Positions 1 through 13,700 of a stretch of DNA of 64,000 bases are shown piece after piece (positions within the stretch are counted from its first letter, which is position 1; each line of letters opens with the position of its first letter). A model generated the notes under the pieces. It saw only the letters and a program-made list of their open reading frames with translations, did not search any database and was not told the origin of the DNA. The translations under genes and the position numbers were made by a program. Source of the stretch: the human T2T-CHM13v2.0 reference genome, Homo sapiens; NCBI RefSeq assembly GCF_009914755.1, contig NC_060927.1. One strand, given 5' to 3'.

Positions 1-9
1 GTGTCCCTA

Positions 10-352
10 ACATACCACACTCAGCTCTTGGTTCATACTGCCCATCTGCCAAGATTATTCCTTCTGCTTTCTTTATGAGGCAAGCCCATCCTTGAAAGCC
101 CAGCTTGCTGCCTCCTTTCTGAAGCCCTTCTTAAATCAGCGTCACTGCCTCTCTCTCTCTGCAGCCGCAATATGTTGTGCACAGCTCTATGATAACCATT
201 TTCACATAGTGCTAGCCTCTCTTACATTTCTCTCCCTTGATGAATTACAAATGCCTCAAGAGCAAGCACTGTAACATATTTATCTTGGTATTTCCAGCAC
301 TTAGCATGCTGTCCAATACATAACTGCTAGATATAACTATTTACTGAATAAG
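10..352 (+). mobile_element. L2 LINE 3'-end fragment (ancient)
   Basis: Degenerate L2 3' terminus: 'tttccagcacttagcatg...tatttactgaataa'. Boundaries approximate. Confidence 0.55.
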
Positions 353-1044
353 GTTGATGTCCCACTCCCAATTCTTCAAGACATGTATAGTGCAAATCAC
401 AAAAAATGGGATCAGAATGTAGAGCCAAAGGTCTAGCAAACTTACATCATTTCTTTTAAATCTAGACAAGTTGTTTTACCACTGTGCCCTCTATCCTCCT
501 TACCCCAATCCCAAATGGACAAAGCTGTCACATGTAAAAGCCCCTGTAGTATTCCCAGCTTAAAAAAATAAAATCCATAGAGCCTGTTGTAGTAAACTGT
601 GCCTCACGTGCATTGAGAAGACAGGCTGTCAGAATGTGGCCAACAGAATGTGCAGCAAGGAGAGGAAGCTGTACCTAATAATCATGTTACAAAGACAGGA
701 AAGCTAAGAGATAAGAAATCCACTTAATTCTCCCTCTTGTGTTTGCTTAGCTGCTCTTAAAGCCAGGATGAGCAGCATGGAAGAAAGTTACATACACCAA
801 GGAGAAAAGAGCAAATCATTGACATTTACCAAAGTCAAGAATCCCTGTTGGCCACACATGCCTTTATTCAGATCTTAACCTTTGCTGGGAGGCTGAGAAG
901 AGAATTTAATTCTAAGGTAGAGTAGTTTACATTATTTCATAATGAAATATAACTACATATCAAAAGGCAGACTATTCCTTGAAAGAGAATGTAATTTTTC
1001 AGCCAGTACTGATAAAAGCAAACTTGGTTAGTCATGACAATAAA

Positions 1045-1295
1045 AATTACAGTAATAGTGAACATTTCATGAGGACTTATGTGTCAGAAACGATTCTAAG
1101 CATTTTTCATGAATAGCTCATTTATCACAGCTTTATCAAGTGGATGCTATCATTATCTTTGTTTTACAGATTAGGAAATGGAGGCACGGAGGGATTAAAT
1201 GCTTAGTCAGGGTCACACTACTAATGAGCGGCAGAGCCAGGATGTTGACTCAGATGGTCAGACTCCAAACCTTGAGTTCCTAATCACTATATCAT
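1045..1295 (-). mobile_element. MIR SINE
   Basis: MIR core in reverse: 'ttttacagattaggaaatggaggcac...gggtcacactactaatgagcggcagagccagga'. Confidence 0.7.
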
Positions 1296-1309
1296 AGCTT
1301 CATGGAACC

Positions 1310-1505
1310 ATAATCCCCAGCCCTTGGTTTACCACCTGGTAGCTCTCTAACCTTGAGCCAGTTTCAGAACTGCATTGAACCTCAGTTTCCTCATCTTTAA
1401 AATGTGGACAGGATTACCTCCCTTGGGAGATACAATGAGAACTGTGAGTGTCTAGACTAGCTTGGGGCCTGATATGTAATAGGACTTTAATAAATATTCA
1501 TTTTC
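1310..1505 (+). mobile_element. MIR SINE
   Basis: MIR core 'aacctcagtttcctcatctttaaaatg' and 3' end 'taataaatatt'. Confidence 0.6.
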
Positions 1506-3002
1506 TTCCTCCCTTTTCTTTTTCATCTTTGAAAATGAGTTCATGTAATAAACAAAGAATATGCCACAGTAAAATTCAGTCCGCATTTTATAGATTTTCA
1601 ACTAAAAAAGCCAATAAAACTAATCTGGCCAGTAAACGAAAACCTATTGCTTTTCAACCAATAATATTACCCACCACATGCTTAGCAAACAGAGTCAGGT
1701 ATTTATGGACAAAATGTATGTCTCTTTAAAAATTAGTTAGACAATTGAGAAGGCGCATTAAGTTTTGGGGGTTCCTTGGATGTTGAAATAAATACTCTTT
1801 CTTTCAGCTGATGAAATTTAGATGGCATTGGCAGGCTCAAGCCCAGCTTCACAGCAGAGAGGAGAGATTTAAGATCTAGGGTTTGATATTCCCTGCCACT
1901 AGGTTATGCTTTAATTCCTCCAGGTCCTCTGAATGATACTGGATTTATAAGAACACTAAATAACACCACTGGGCTAAATCCCAAAGATTGAAAAAGGCAA
2001 ACTTAAGTCTGTAACTAGGATGACTATTTCCTTCACATCATAAAAGATGATACATATTCTTTCCAATGCCTCCCCACTTCTTTGAAAATGAAATTGACAC
2101 GGATCATGAGCAAATGGCCTACACAGACTCTAGACACCCCTCCTCCAAAACGCCTCTTAAAGACACAGCCGTTCTGTGACAGAATCTTTTACTTGAGGCC
2201 ACCAGTCCTCTGGCAGGGTAAAATACACCCAACAGAATACGGATGGCTGATAGTGCTCCCAGAATGACTGCTACCCCCGGATTCCCTATTGACATCTGCC
2301 AAACGACTGTGCTTACTCTAAACTTACGGGCCTTAAGAAGACCAAAATGTTATTTCTTTTAGAACCATATTTAGCAGCTGTTTTGTTTGGTTTCAGCCCT
2401 AACTGACAAGCATATGCTTACAAAAGCAAAACAGAACAAAGAAAACAGGAACAGTAGGAGAACTCTCCACATTTATCTTGAGGCTTCAGGCTTTTCAACA
2501 TCATCTTCGAAAGTACAGCATTAGGAAACTGTGCTGACTCAACAACCCCCAGATTCTAGTTTATGCTGCACTCACAGCCAGGCAAGTTCCCTCAAAGGTA
2601 ATTTTTTACTTTAACTTCCCCTCTTCTAAAGCAGTAGAGGTTTGCAGAGTCAAAGGTCTTGCTTTACACAGTAAGATTTATTTAATCCCTGACTGCTACC
2701 TGGCACCCTCCCTCGCCACCTACTGTGTGTTATACACTGTCCAAGGTAGAGGCAGTGGGGTACATGGCCCCTGCTTCATGGTGCTTCCAATCTAAGGAAG
2801 GAAGCAGACATGAGCAACTTACTACACGTACATAGTGATTAGATCATCATAACGACAAGCAGCATATGAGAAAAGGTGCTCCAAGAGTATTGATCCAGGA
2901 GATCTGGAATATAGCCCAGAAGCATATCTTCATTAACCTGCTGGCCCAAAGAAGTCATCTCAACTGGAATAGATAATTCAAGTAAAAAACATAAATATAT
3001 AC

Positions 3003-3018
3003 AGATAGATAGATAGAT

Positions 3019-3065
<47 letters not shown>
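3003..3065. repeat. Tetranucleotide STR (AGAT)4 GAT (AGAT)11
   Basis: Read directly from the sequence. Confidence 0.97.
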
Positions 3066-3799
3066 GAGAGAGATATGGCTATAGGTAGGTAAAATACTGA
3101 TTGTTGATTTTTCTTACTTGATCATCAGTGTAGGACAAATTAAACTATGCAAACCTATCACAGGACTGGTCCAAAACAATTAGGGTTCAAGTCTGGATTC
3201 CACTCCTTACTAGAGTTCTTTCACCCCTCATATTCCAGTTTTTTTCATCTGTAATTTGGGAAAGTGCCCTTTGGCCTGCATTTTTACAATGTCGCATCCT
3301 GCGTATGAATGTTCTAGGTAACTCCCCAGCTCCCTGTGTCAAGCATCGTCTTTTGGGAAGGGCTGTCCTGAGTGTAGGCTGATTCCAGGACACAAACTGC
3401 TCCGATAGAGTTGTTCCTGGCTAGTGTTGGTATCCTCTTACTAATACCAGCTCCTCAATGATCAGCTGGCTACTGGCAGAACACAGCCAAACCTCCAGGA
3501 ACTAACCCTCGATACTGGTAGCTTCCAGTTTGGCTTTCATCTCTCAGAACAGGGAGACTGGAGCCTCCTCACCTCCTGTTTGGTTTGCAGTCTGCTTAGT
3601 TTCACCTGCTAATGTGCAGCAGCCAGCAGTGACACTGCTTTAGATCACCCTCCCCGCTCAGCTGCTTCACTCAAGACCCTGCAGCTCCAGCCTGTCCTCA
3701 CAAAGTCGGCCTTTAGAACTGGATTTGAAACATCACTCCTCGGATTAATCACTGCAAAACCTTAAGCTATACAATAAGCTATAATAGGCATTATCGTTG

Positions 3800-3975
3800 T
3801 CATTGGGATAGGCCATAGCCTAAATGCTTTTCATACATTTTCATATTTCTTCCTTATGCAACCTGAGAAATAGGTATTACTAACCCCAATTTTCAGATGA
3901 TAAAACTAAGGCGTCAAGGAATTAAGTAACTTGCCCAAGATTAAACAGTAAGTGGTAGAGACAGCAGCCAAGACC
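3800..3975 (-). mobile_element. MIR SINE
   Basis: 'ccccaattttcagatgataaaactaaggc...taagtaacttgcccaag' is the MIR core in reverse. Confidence 0.6.
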
Positions 3976-4524
3976 AGACTGTAAAGTAAAGGTAAAAATA
4001 CCTGTCATGGAAGATGGTTCTGAGAATCCAAAACAACATATATAAAGCATTTAGCACAATGCATGGCAGTGCTTAATAAATAATGGCTACAGACATACTG
4101 CTCTTGCTGGTGGTATTAAGAGAAGTTTCCCAAGGTGATGACAACATTGGTTCATAGTAGAGCCAGGATTCAAATCCAGGTATTTTGAATCCAAGTCCAT
4201 TATTACTCATTTCTCTACAAATGGCCAATGCTGAAATTAACCTGGGGTTACGGGGATGCTGAAGGCCTTGTGGGTTAACAATAGAGCCAGAGAATGGGCA
4301 GTGACCTCAGGACAGGCAACCACAATGAGCCAAATGGCTGGGAGCATAGAAGTTTTCTATACCATGGTTGCTTGGTGTCCCTGCCTCTTATCAGAGCCAG
4401 AAGCCCCAGAGAGGGAGAGCAAACAGGCTCTCAGATTTCTATCTAAAGCTAGTTTCTTTTTTTCCTACTTTGCCATTAGCTAGGATGAATGCTAATTACT
4501 TTAAGCTAACCAATTAATTGACAG

Positions 4525-4780
4525 TGAGAGGCGGTATAGCATAATAGTGAAAACCACAGACTCTACAGCCAAAAGCCTGAATCGAATCCCAGGTTCACCA
4601 TTTTCTAGCCATATGACTTTGGGCATGTTATTTAATCTTTCTATGCCTGTTTCTTCAACTATAAAATACTGATAATGGTAGTACCCACTTTGCTGGATTA
4701 CTTGATATAATAATTAATATATATAAAATGTGTAAAGCAACATCTAGCATATTGTAAGTGCTTAAAAAGTGTTCGCTAAA
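4525..4780 (+). mobile_element. MIR SINE, near full length
   Basis: 5' 'gagaggcggtatagcataatagt', 'tcgaatcccagg', core 'tgactttgggcatgttatttaatc...tgtttcttcaactataaaat'. Confidence 0.75.
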
Positions 4781-6000
4781 AATTCTTTACTCAAGAAAGA
4801 ATAATTTCTTTACTCCAAGAATGAATAACTCTTATTGGTTTTGTCCACTGCAGTATCTCCAATACCTCGATCATGACTGGGACATCAGAGATATTCAATA
4901 AATATTATCTGGATGGAGCAAGTCCTCACATCACCACTTCTTCCACCGACAGCCACAATGCGGTAAGGTCTGTGACATTTGCAGCGAGGATTTCTGAGAT
5001 CATATCAATAAAATATCTCTACCCATTTTACAGAAGAGCAAAGAGAGGCCCAGACAGGCTCTATATACTTATGCAGTTATAGATTTCTCCAGCAAGATAG
5101 TTTAGGTGATTTATCTGAGGTCTTATCCTAGTTAGTGGCAGAGTTAAATGAAGACCTATGTCTTTTGACTTCTAGTTTTTCCTTCTGTTTGATTTCACCC
5201 TTTAGTAAACCGATGGAATCACCCATTGCCTTTCAAAAAGTGGACCTGGAAAGGAAGGAAACAGGGACAGTAGGTAGGATGGGCAGGCCCTGCTGTTCTT
5301 TTGCAAAATCTAGGTAGTTGGGTTAAGAAATCGATTTCATTCATTTCCAGAAATGATGTAAGAAGATTTAGTGCACATGGCCAGTTTGACAGTCCATTTA
5401 GTAGGTCACATGCATATATATCAGCATAAAAGATAAATAATATTTTCAAAATATATTTTTCTCGGTTCACAGACTTAGCATATTCATACTCACAGTTAGC
5501 TCAGTTCAAAATTATTTCCTTACAGATGAAAACAAATAATTCTACATAAATTGATTATTGTCTACTAGCTTACATTGCATAAATAAGTATATACAACTAA
5601 GAATATAAAACTGAAAAGAGAACAATCCAAGGACTTCTTGTAACACTGACTTGAATATTTTTTCTGATTTTGGTGCATAGCACAGCTATTTTAATCCTTT
5701 GTCAGCTGCTGGGATTCACTGGCCAGCCCTTCTCATGCTTCTTGACCTGAAATTCCCAAGTCACGACTACAAACCTGCTTGTGCACACAAGGAATGCACA
5801 AGCCCCAACTGTGTGTTCAGAGACTGTTTTCTAACACATTCAGAGTCAGAGAAAGGCACACCAACTCCATAAGGCAAGTTAAGAAAACTCTTCAGGGTAC
5901 TAAGCCACAAGACAGATATTGGAGAAGGATAGCTCTCTCCATCACCTCCTGTAATTTTTCTCAGCTCTTCTAAAAAAGTCTTTTAAAAAGCATACATGCA

Positions 6001-6345
<345 letters not shown>

Positions 6346-7539
6346 TCAATATGCACATGACCACCCCCAACCCCAGCCCCTGCTCAACCTGGTCCCTTCC
6401 CTCCCATCATCAGGTTGTTGCAGAGATTATACAGCTGTTTGGGAAAATGTATCATACAGTTTACAAAGATTTGCAAACATGGGATCCTTCCAGACCTGTC
6501 AGGACAGGGTAACTTTCCAGTATTTCCAGCAAAACGAGGTGGAAATGATGGGAACCAGACTAGCAAATATTTTGGCCTTTTGCCTTTTTGAAGATACTTA
6601 GATGAAGAAAAAGATAGCAACTGCAGGAGATGGATTTAAAGACAAGATCTGGTTACCTAAATAATTAAGAAAGAAAGATTAGGAAACAATTCAAGGTTCT
6701 GTTTTGGAAGAAGAGCCTTAACGGGACCATTCCCCCAGAGATACTCATTTACCACCTGCTTACAACAGACCAATGACACGTTATTTGCTTGAAAGAATTT
6801 TCAACTGTTCTTCCTACACCTATAAGCAACCATGAAGTTGATTACAGGCAGAGGTGAAACTTTTAGGTAAAAGGGACCTAACCCTATTCTAAGTCTAATA
6901 GGAGTATGAGGCCCCCTTTACCAGCTGCCTACCTGTCCCCACCCCTCTTCACAATACAGTGAGCTTCCTTCTTTGCCCCTTTGCAGAGGGAACCTCTGAT
7001 GAGGGCAAGAGTTGTGCACACTGAAAGGGGCAGGGTTAATGCCTTTCGGCCAAGGGCCCAGGACTTTTCTATGAGTAGGGAAATATTGGCTGGTTGATTA
7101 GATCATCTGTTACTCTCCCATTTCCAGAGAAGGGTGAGATGGCCCAGAGCCATGTAGGAACAGCCAGGAGCCCAACAATAGCTACCTGGAGCAGGGACCT
7201 GTCATCTGGCAGAGGTACAAACCAATCTTAGTCCATCACTTGGTGTCACCAGTAATGGTACAGATGGCTGACCAATACCAACTCTTATAAATCTCATACA
7301 GATGTTAATAACAGGGCTTCATTTGCATCTATTTTTTTTTCAAGCTTTTATCTCTATGGCTAGGCCACCATGAAGGACATACAAGTTTGTTTGCTTGCTT
7401 ATTAGTTTTGCAAGGCAGATAACATTTTGGAACGGGGGATTTATACCATCTGTTCAAGGATCTAAAAGCTTTTTGGCAGACTCAAGAAGCTAAAGCCAGT
7501 CCTTTTGTCCCTCCAGATTTCCATGGGTGTTGAATTTCC

Positions 7540-7770
7540 ACTGTCAAATAAGTTTGGGAACACTAGGTTAAAAAGATTAGCAGGTTAGGGGTTTCTTTAC
7601 TGCAAGGCCTCTCAAAGCTTTTAATGTGTTAATGTACCCTGTGAATCTCCAAGACAGGGCAAAGCTTTTCATATTTTCCTAACTTGTCTGGCCACAGAAC
7701 ACTCCTTAAGGAAGCTTTGTATCTCCTCTAAGCACTGATATTCTGCAGAGCATAGAATGGAAAATGACAG
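7540..7770. mobile_element. hAT-Charlie-type DNA transposon fossil
   Basis: 'caaataagtttgggaacactaggttaa...gtttctttactgcaagg...gtgaatctccaaga' resembles ancient Charlie-derived elements. Family uncertain. Confidence 0.45.
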
Positions 7771-7830
7771 TGTATAGAGCAATCTTTTCTGTGTCATTCC
7801 TACTTAACTAAAGCTTGCATCTTAAGTTAC

Positions 7831-8357
7831 TGTAACAGAGATGGATCAATGCCACCCAATATTCATTCTCCCCTTGCTCCTTAACAAAAATTCCAATTTT
7901 ATTTGGGAGGAAATGCACCCAGCTCAAAATCTACATGCCCTTGTCCCACTGAAGCTAGGAATGAATACATGACTAAATTCTGGCCAATGGTATGTAAGCA
8001 GAATTACTGTGTGGGGCATTCAGAAGGGCTGCCCAAATGGAGCTGACTTAGCTGGGAGAAGGGTTCTTCTGTCTTCCTCCCTCCTGCTTCCTGCTGCCTG
8101 GAATGCAGATGTAATGGCTAGAACACTACAGCCATTTCTGATCCTGAGGTGAATTTAAGAATGGAAGCCTTATGCTAAGATTGTTATAGCGGAACAATAA
8201 AATGATCCTATGGTTCTGACGATCATGGAGCTACCATGCTACCGCTAAGCTGCCTATGTCTGAACTTCTTTATCTTGAAAGAGAAACAAACTTCTATCTT
8301 CCTTAACCCACTAATATTTTGAGTTTTCTGTTTGAAGCAGCTGAAATCTAATTGATT
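7831..8357 (+). mobile_element. MaLR solo LTR (MLT1J/K-like)
   Basis: Typical MLT1 motifs 'catgactaaattctggccaatgg', 'cttcctgctgcctggaatgcagatgtaatggct', 'gagaaacaaacttctatc'. Confidence 0.72.
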
Positions 8358-8454
8358 TACTTTGAAGTTTACTGTTCAGATATTTTTATTCATTTATGTT
8401 TAACTAACATTCCTTCTTTAAAGGACTCTTCTCCATTAGCCTTTTGCTCTTTGG

Positions 8455-9142
<688 letters not shown>

Positions 9143-10649
9143 AAGAATAGAAAAGACCAGAAACTGATGATAATAATAATCATATTGTATAATGCTTTGT
9201 AACTTTTGAAACAATATTTGAGAAGAACTGCTTCACACTGAATGTCTCCCCATGCCCCAGACATTATGCAGGGTATTTTGCAAAGGTTATTTTATTTCAT
9301 CTCTGCATCAATCCTGTGAAGTAGATTGCTCACAAGAGAAAAAAAGCGAGGCTACAAGAGCCTCCAATGCCAAAACATACATTCTCCTCACTGTCTCCCA
9401 TGTGCAATATCTGAAGGCAGCTCCCAGAAACAGTAAAATCCCTTCCAAAGCTGGCTGATGATACAGGGGGCAAGGAAAGACCAGAATTTTTACAAGGTGC
9501 CTACGTTCACAAGGCTGACTACACCTACATGGCCTAAACCAGAGCATGCTGGAGCTTGTGGTCTCTGCACCCCACTGAGGGCAACAGAATTGCAAGTCCT
9601 CGACTGCTCTTTTTTGAGTGTCTTTGAACTCAAAACCTGCTTTTTGAGCCACTGTCAAGGTAACCTAGCAGCTGAGAATAACTAATTGGGCAACGTTCTC
9701 TGACTGCTGGCATGAACAGTTATAATCTCAGCATCACTGTGGCAACCTGACTGGAATGCTGGTTATTCACACAAAGAAAAACTGGTCTCCATTCAGACCA
9801 GAATTGCATTTTGTCTTTGTTCCACTTTTCCCATTACAAGTTGCTACTGAAGGAACAATGCTTCTTTTAAGAAGAATGTGTATTATTGGTCTGTGCAAAA
9901 GCAGCATTTTCTTAGCCAAAAAAAAATTTGGAAAGGGAGGAAAAAGTAATATGTCCTATATTGCCAAAGGCAAAGAGACTATTAAGAAAGCTCTATATAA
10001 ACAACAGTAAAGGTCATCTTGGGGTAATTCTGTGGCATTTTAGCCAGGCCACAGAATTCTGTGGAGATCTCAATGGTGCAACATGGGCAACAGATGACTA
10101 AAAACTAGATTACATTCAATCAACCAGTGCACATTTCCTGAGCACCTACAATGTGCTATCACAGACACTGTCCTCCAAATCTCCCAGTGGTTCCCCGGTC
10201 TACTCTGCTCTCCCATCCAACCTCAGCCTCCCTTTAAAGCTACAGCACACCTCTCCCCAGGCATCAGCTACAGCCTCCAGCTCACCATTCCCAGAAGATG
10301 TTCTGTACACTCCCGCATTCTGTGTCCTTGTTCCCTTTTTGTTCTTGCTATCCAAAAAGTCCTTTTGTCCCATCTTTGTCAGTCAAAGCCTTACCAGTCT
10401 TTTGAGATCAGATTCAAATCATAGTTCCTACCTAAGGTCCTCCCATTACACTCCATTAGAGTAAATTCCACATTAAAGTACATTCCAAAGATCGCTTTGA
10501 ATGTATCTGTCTTACTGCACTTGGAAGGCAACTCTCCAGGGAGCAAGATCAGCATTTGAATAAGGCTTTACCACTTCCAGTTGTGTTATCTTTGAAAAAT
10601 CACTTAATCTCTTAGAGCCAAAGTCTCTTCACCTATAAACAGCATGCTA

Positions 10650-10795
10650 CTCAGACTGCACCCATGACCATCCAACTCATCTGGGAACCTTGTTACAAAT
10701 GCAGAAATCTGGGCCCTGCCCAGACCTACTGCATCAGGATTAACATTTTAATAAGATTCCCAAGTTATCCCAATGCATATTAATGGTACCAAAGT
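10650..10795. mobile_element. MER5A-like hAT element inserted in a MIR
   Basis: 'tgttacaaatgcagaaatctgggccctgcccagacctactg...cattttaataagattccc'. MIR halves lie on both sides. Confidence 0.55.
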
Positions 10796-13700
10796 ATTGA
10801 TAAAATCTACCCAGCAGAGATATGATGAGAATGAGGGGAAACATAGAAAACATCCAACGGGGAGTCTAATACATAAAGACTCTCACTAAATGAGGAAATG
10901 ACTACACTTTATATCCAATAAATGTTTGGTTAAGTTGAACTGTTTGGTGTTTTAAAGGATTCAGATATTTATGGCATGAGCTGGCCCTCAAGTGACATGT
11001 CAGATTAGTAAAAATAGATTAAAATACATGAAATATAAATGAAGAGAAGCAAAAGAACTGTGTTTTAGAAGAGCACATGACTGAAAATGACTTCATCGTT
11101 TATAATTTTTCTGACATTGAACAAGGCCACTAATATTTTTTAGCCTTTGGTGTCTTTTCCTATCAAGTAGAAATAAGAATAAAGGCAGCCTGCTTGCCTC
11201 TCAGAGTTGAACTAAAGTTATTCTAAAGTTAAAATGAGCTAAAGAGAATGAAGGAATTTTGCCAAATACAAAGAAATGATTAAGTCAGTGTTTATCAAGT
11301 AACACTAAAATACAACATACCCATCACAAACTGAGCTCACACTCAAAGGTGGCCAAACATGAAGGGCACACGGAGGTCAAAACGGTACATTAAGGCCACT
11401 GGTTTGAGGATGGAGTTTTAGTGGAAAGAATGAAGAGTGAGCCAAAGGGGACAAGTAGCTCTGCCTTCTCAGTGGGCTGATGACTGAGGTATCTACTGCT
11501 TTGAAAATACTGGGATAGGAGTGGGAGGGGACACCAGCTGGGCCCTAGAAGAAAAGGAATTCACAGCAAACCTGGGGCCCTCTCAGCCTAGGGGTTAAGA
11601 GAGAAATCAGAAGGGAGTCTCACGACTGTCAGGGCAGAGGCCTGAGACTAGACGGAGGTGTGTGGCAGCCACTCTGACGAGGAACACAGAGGAAACATTT
11701 GCTGGAGGAACCTCCATCATCCATTTCTCAAGAACCCTGCTCAAGAAAGGAGAAAGGATGGAGTTTGGGATCTCTGCTCTAACAAGTCAGACAAGCAGAA
11801 CATAACATAAATGCAAAGAGAGTTCAGACAGGCAGGAAATCGATACAAACTGACACAGTCAAGCGGAGCTGAATGGAAAAGGTGGGCACCAAGCTAGACT
11901 TTAAAATACCTGCAGGATTTGGGTACACAGACAGAGATATCAGTAGAGGGGATAAACTTGCTTTGTTAATAGTATTATTTTAAAAGAACACATGTTAATT
12001 GCATGTATCATTTCTGTCAGAAATGATAAAACAATCCTATCACTTATAGGACAGCATATGCATTCAGCAAACTTTAAATTATTTCTAGAAATCAGGATTC
12101 CGTAAGCATTTCATAAGGCAAATGGATTTCAAGTATTGAACACACATGGCTATGACAAAATGGCAGACATGCATGCGATAAAGAATATAAGCCAGTCATT
12201 TTTTTGAACAAAATGCTGTTTGAGGCCTCACTTCTCCCAGGCAAATGAACAAATACATAAATGACTCTGATGTAATAACTTGTTTACATCCATATTCCCC
12301 ACTCAGCTATGCTCCTGCTCCTTCCAAAGCTGAAGCTGGGCTCCATTCATGTTAATATCTTTAGCTACATGCACTGTACCTAGGCTACAGGGGGACCTTC
12401 ATAAATGCTGGTTAAGTAAATAATTTTACCAAGATCAACAACAAGAAAATATTTATAAGTTGTTGTTTACTTTTTCTTGTGAAATAAATAAATAACTCGG
12501 AGAGAGATGAATACATGTATCTTCACATCATTAAATATACCTTCCTCTGAGAGTACCAGCTGGGTCCCAGAGAATCTGTGAAGCTGCATTCAACCACGGC
12601 ATATCTTTTTGGAAAGCCTATTTTCCATAAAAACTTTGGTGTTCGTGGTGTTTTTTAATATGTTAAATTAAACATGAATAAGTTTGTATCAAGTTTAAAA
12701 ATAAAACACAAAGATGCTAACAAATTTCTGGTTTGCAGTGGAGGTTTCTCAGTCAGTCCACCAGAATCTCTAGGGTTTCCAGTTTCCTCTTCTTTACCCA
12801 CAGGGATGTTTTGATAAAGACATTCAGAAGTGTATTGCTCACCTATACCATTTATAGCCCTAATTTTCAAACACAATAAATGCTTCTTATTTCACCTCTA
12901 CTCATTCAGAATTTGCAATTACTGAAATTAGAGCTGAACAGAAGTTTAATTGTCTATTGTCCATATAGAATAGATTTCAAGAAAAGTAATAACATAAAAA
13001 AGGAAATCTCATTTTTAAAAATCTTCAGTCAAGTATCATTCACATCCAGTCACTTGCTAATTACAATTAGACATCTCTATCAAAGCCAGTGTTCTCTGCT
13101 AAAGGTGGTGTTCCAGGACCTCTGTTGAAAAACTTTGCCACTCCAGGGTTTCTCAGTTATTGTCTAAACCTAAAAGGGAATAAGATTCTTCAAAAATTAT
13201 TATTGTCTTACCTTTCAGCAATATAAAATGTCCCTGCTCCTCCCAGGTCTCTGGATTAGGGAGGTTTTTCTGTGAGGCAAATAATAGAGCAATTCTATTC
13301 CTTAAATAGAGAGATGGTCACACTGGTGCTAATTAAATAAGCTGAGCATGTTTGCTTTGTGCACTTTTCAGTACATATTTTACAATTTAAAAGTTTGAAA
13401 AAATAATTTAATCATTAAGAGGGCAGCTTCAATTTAGAAGAATGAGGAAACAGACATAAGCAACCCAACAATTAAACTATCAGTTCCCTGTTCTAGGAGT
13501 GGTTCAAAGTTCAGAAATGAAGGCCTACTTGAGAGGCAGTAGAGGTAAGTGTCTTTTATTAGTGCAGAAATTCTCACTCTTAATTACTGAATTCCACTCA
13601 GTCATTAACCATACTATAGTGCAATGCTAACTACATAATGCTAGTAGATAGAGTGTCTCCTACATTGAGATACCAGTGTTTGCCAGTGTGTGTAACTAAA

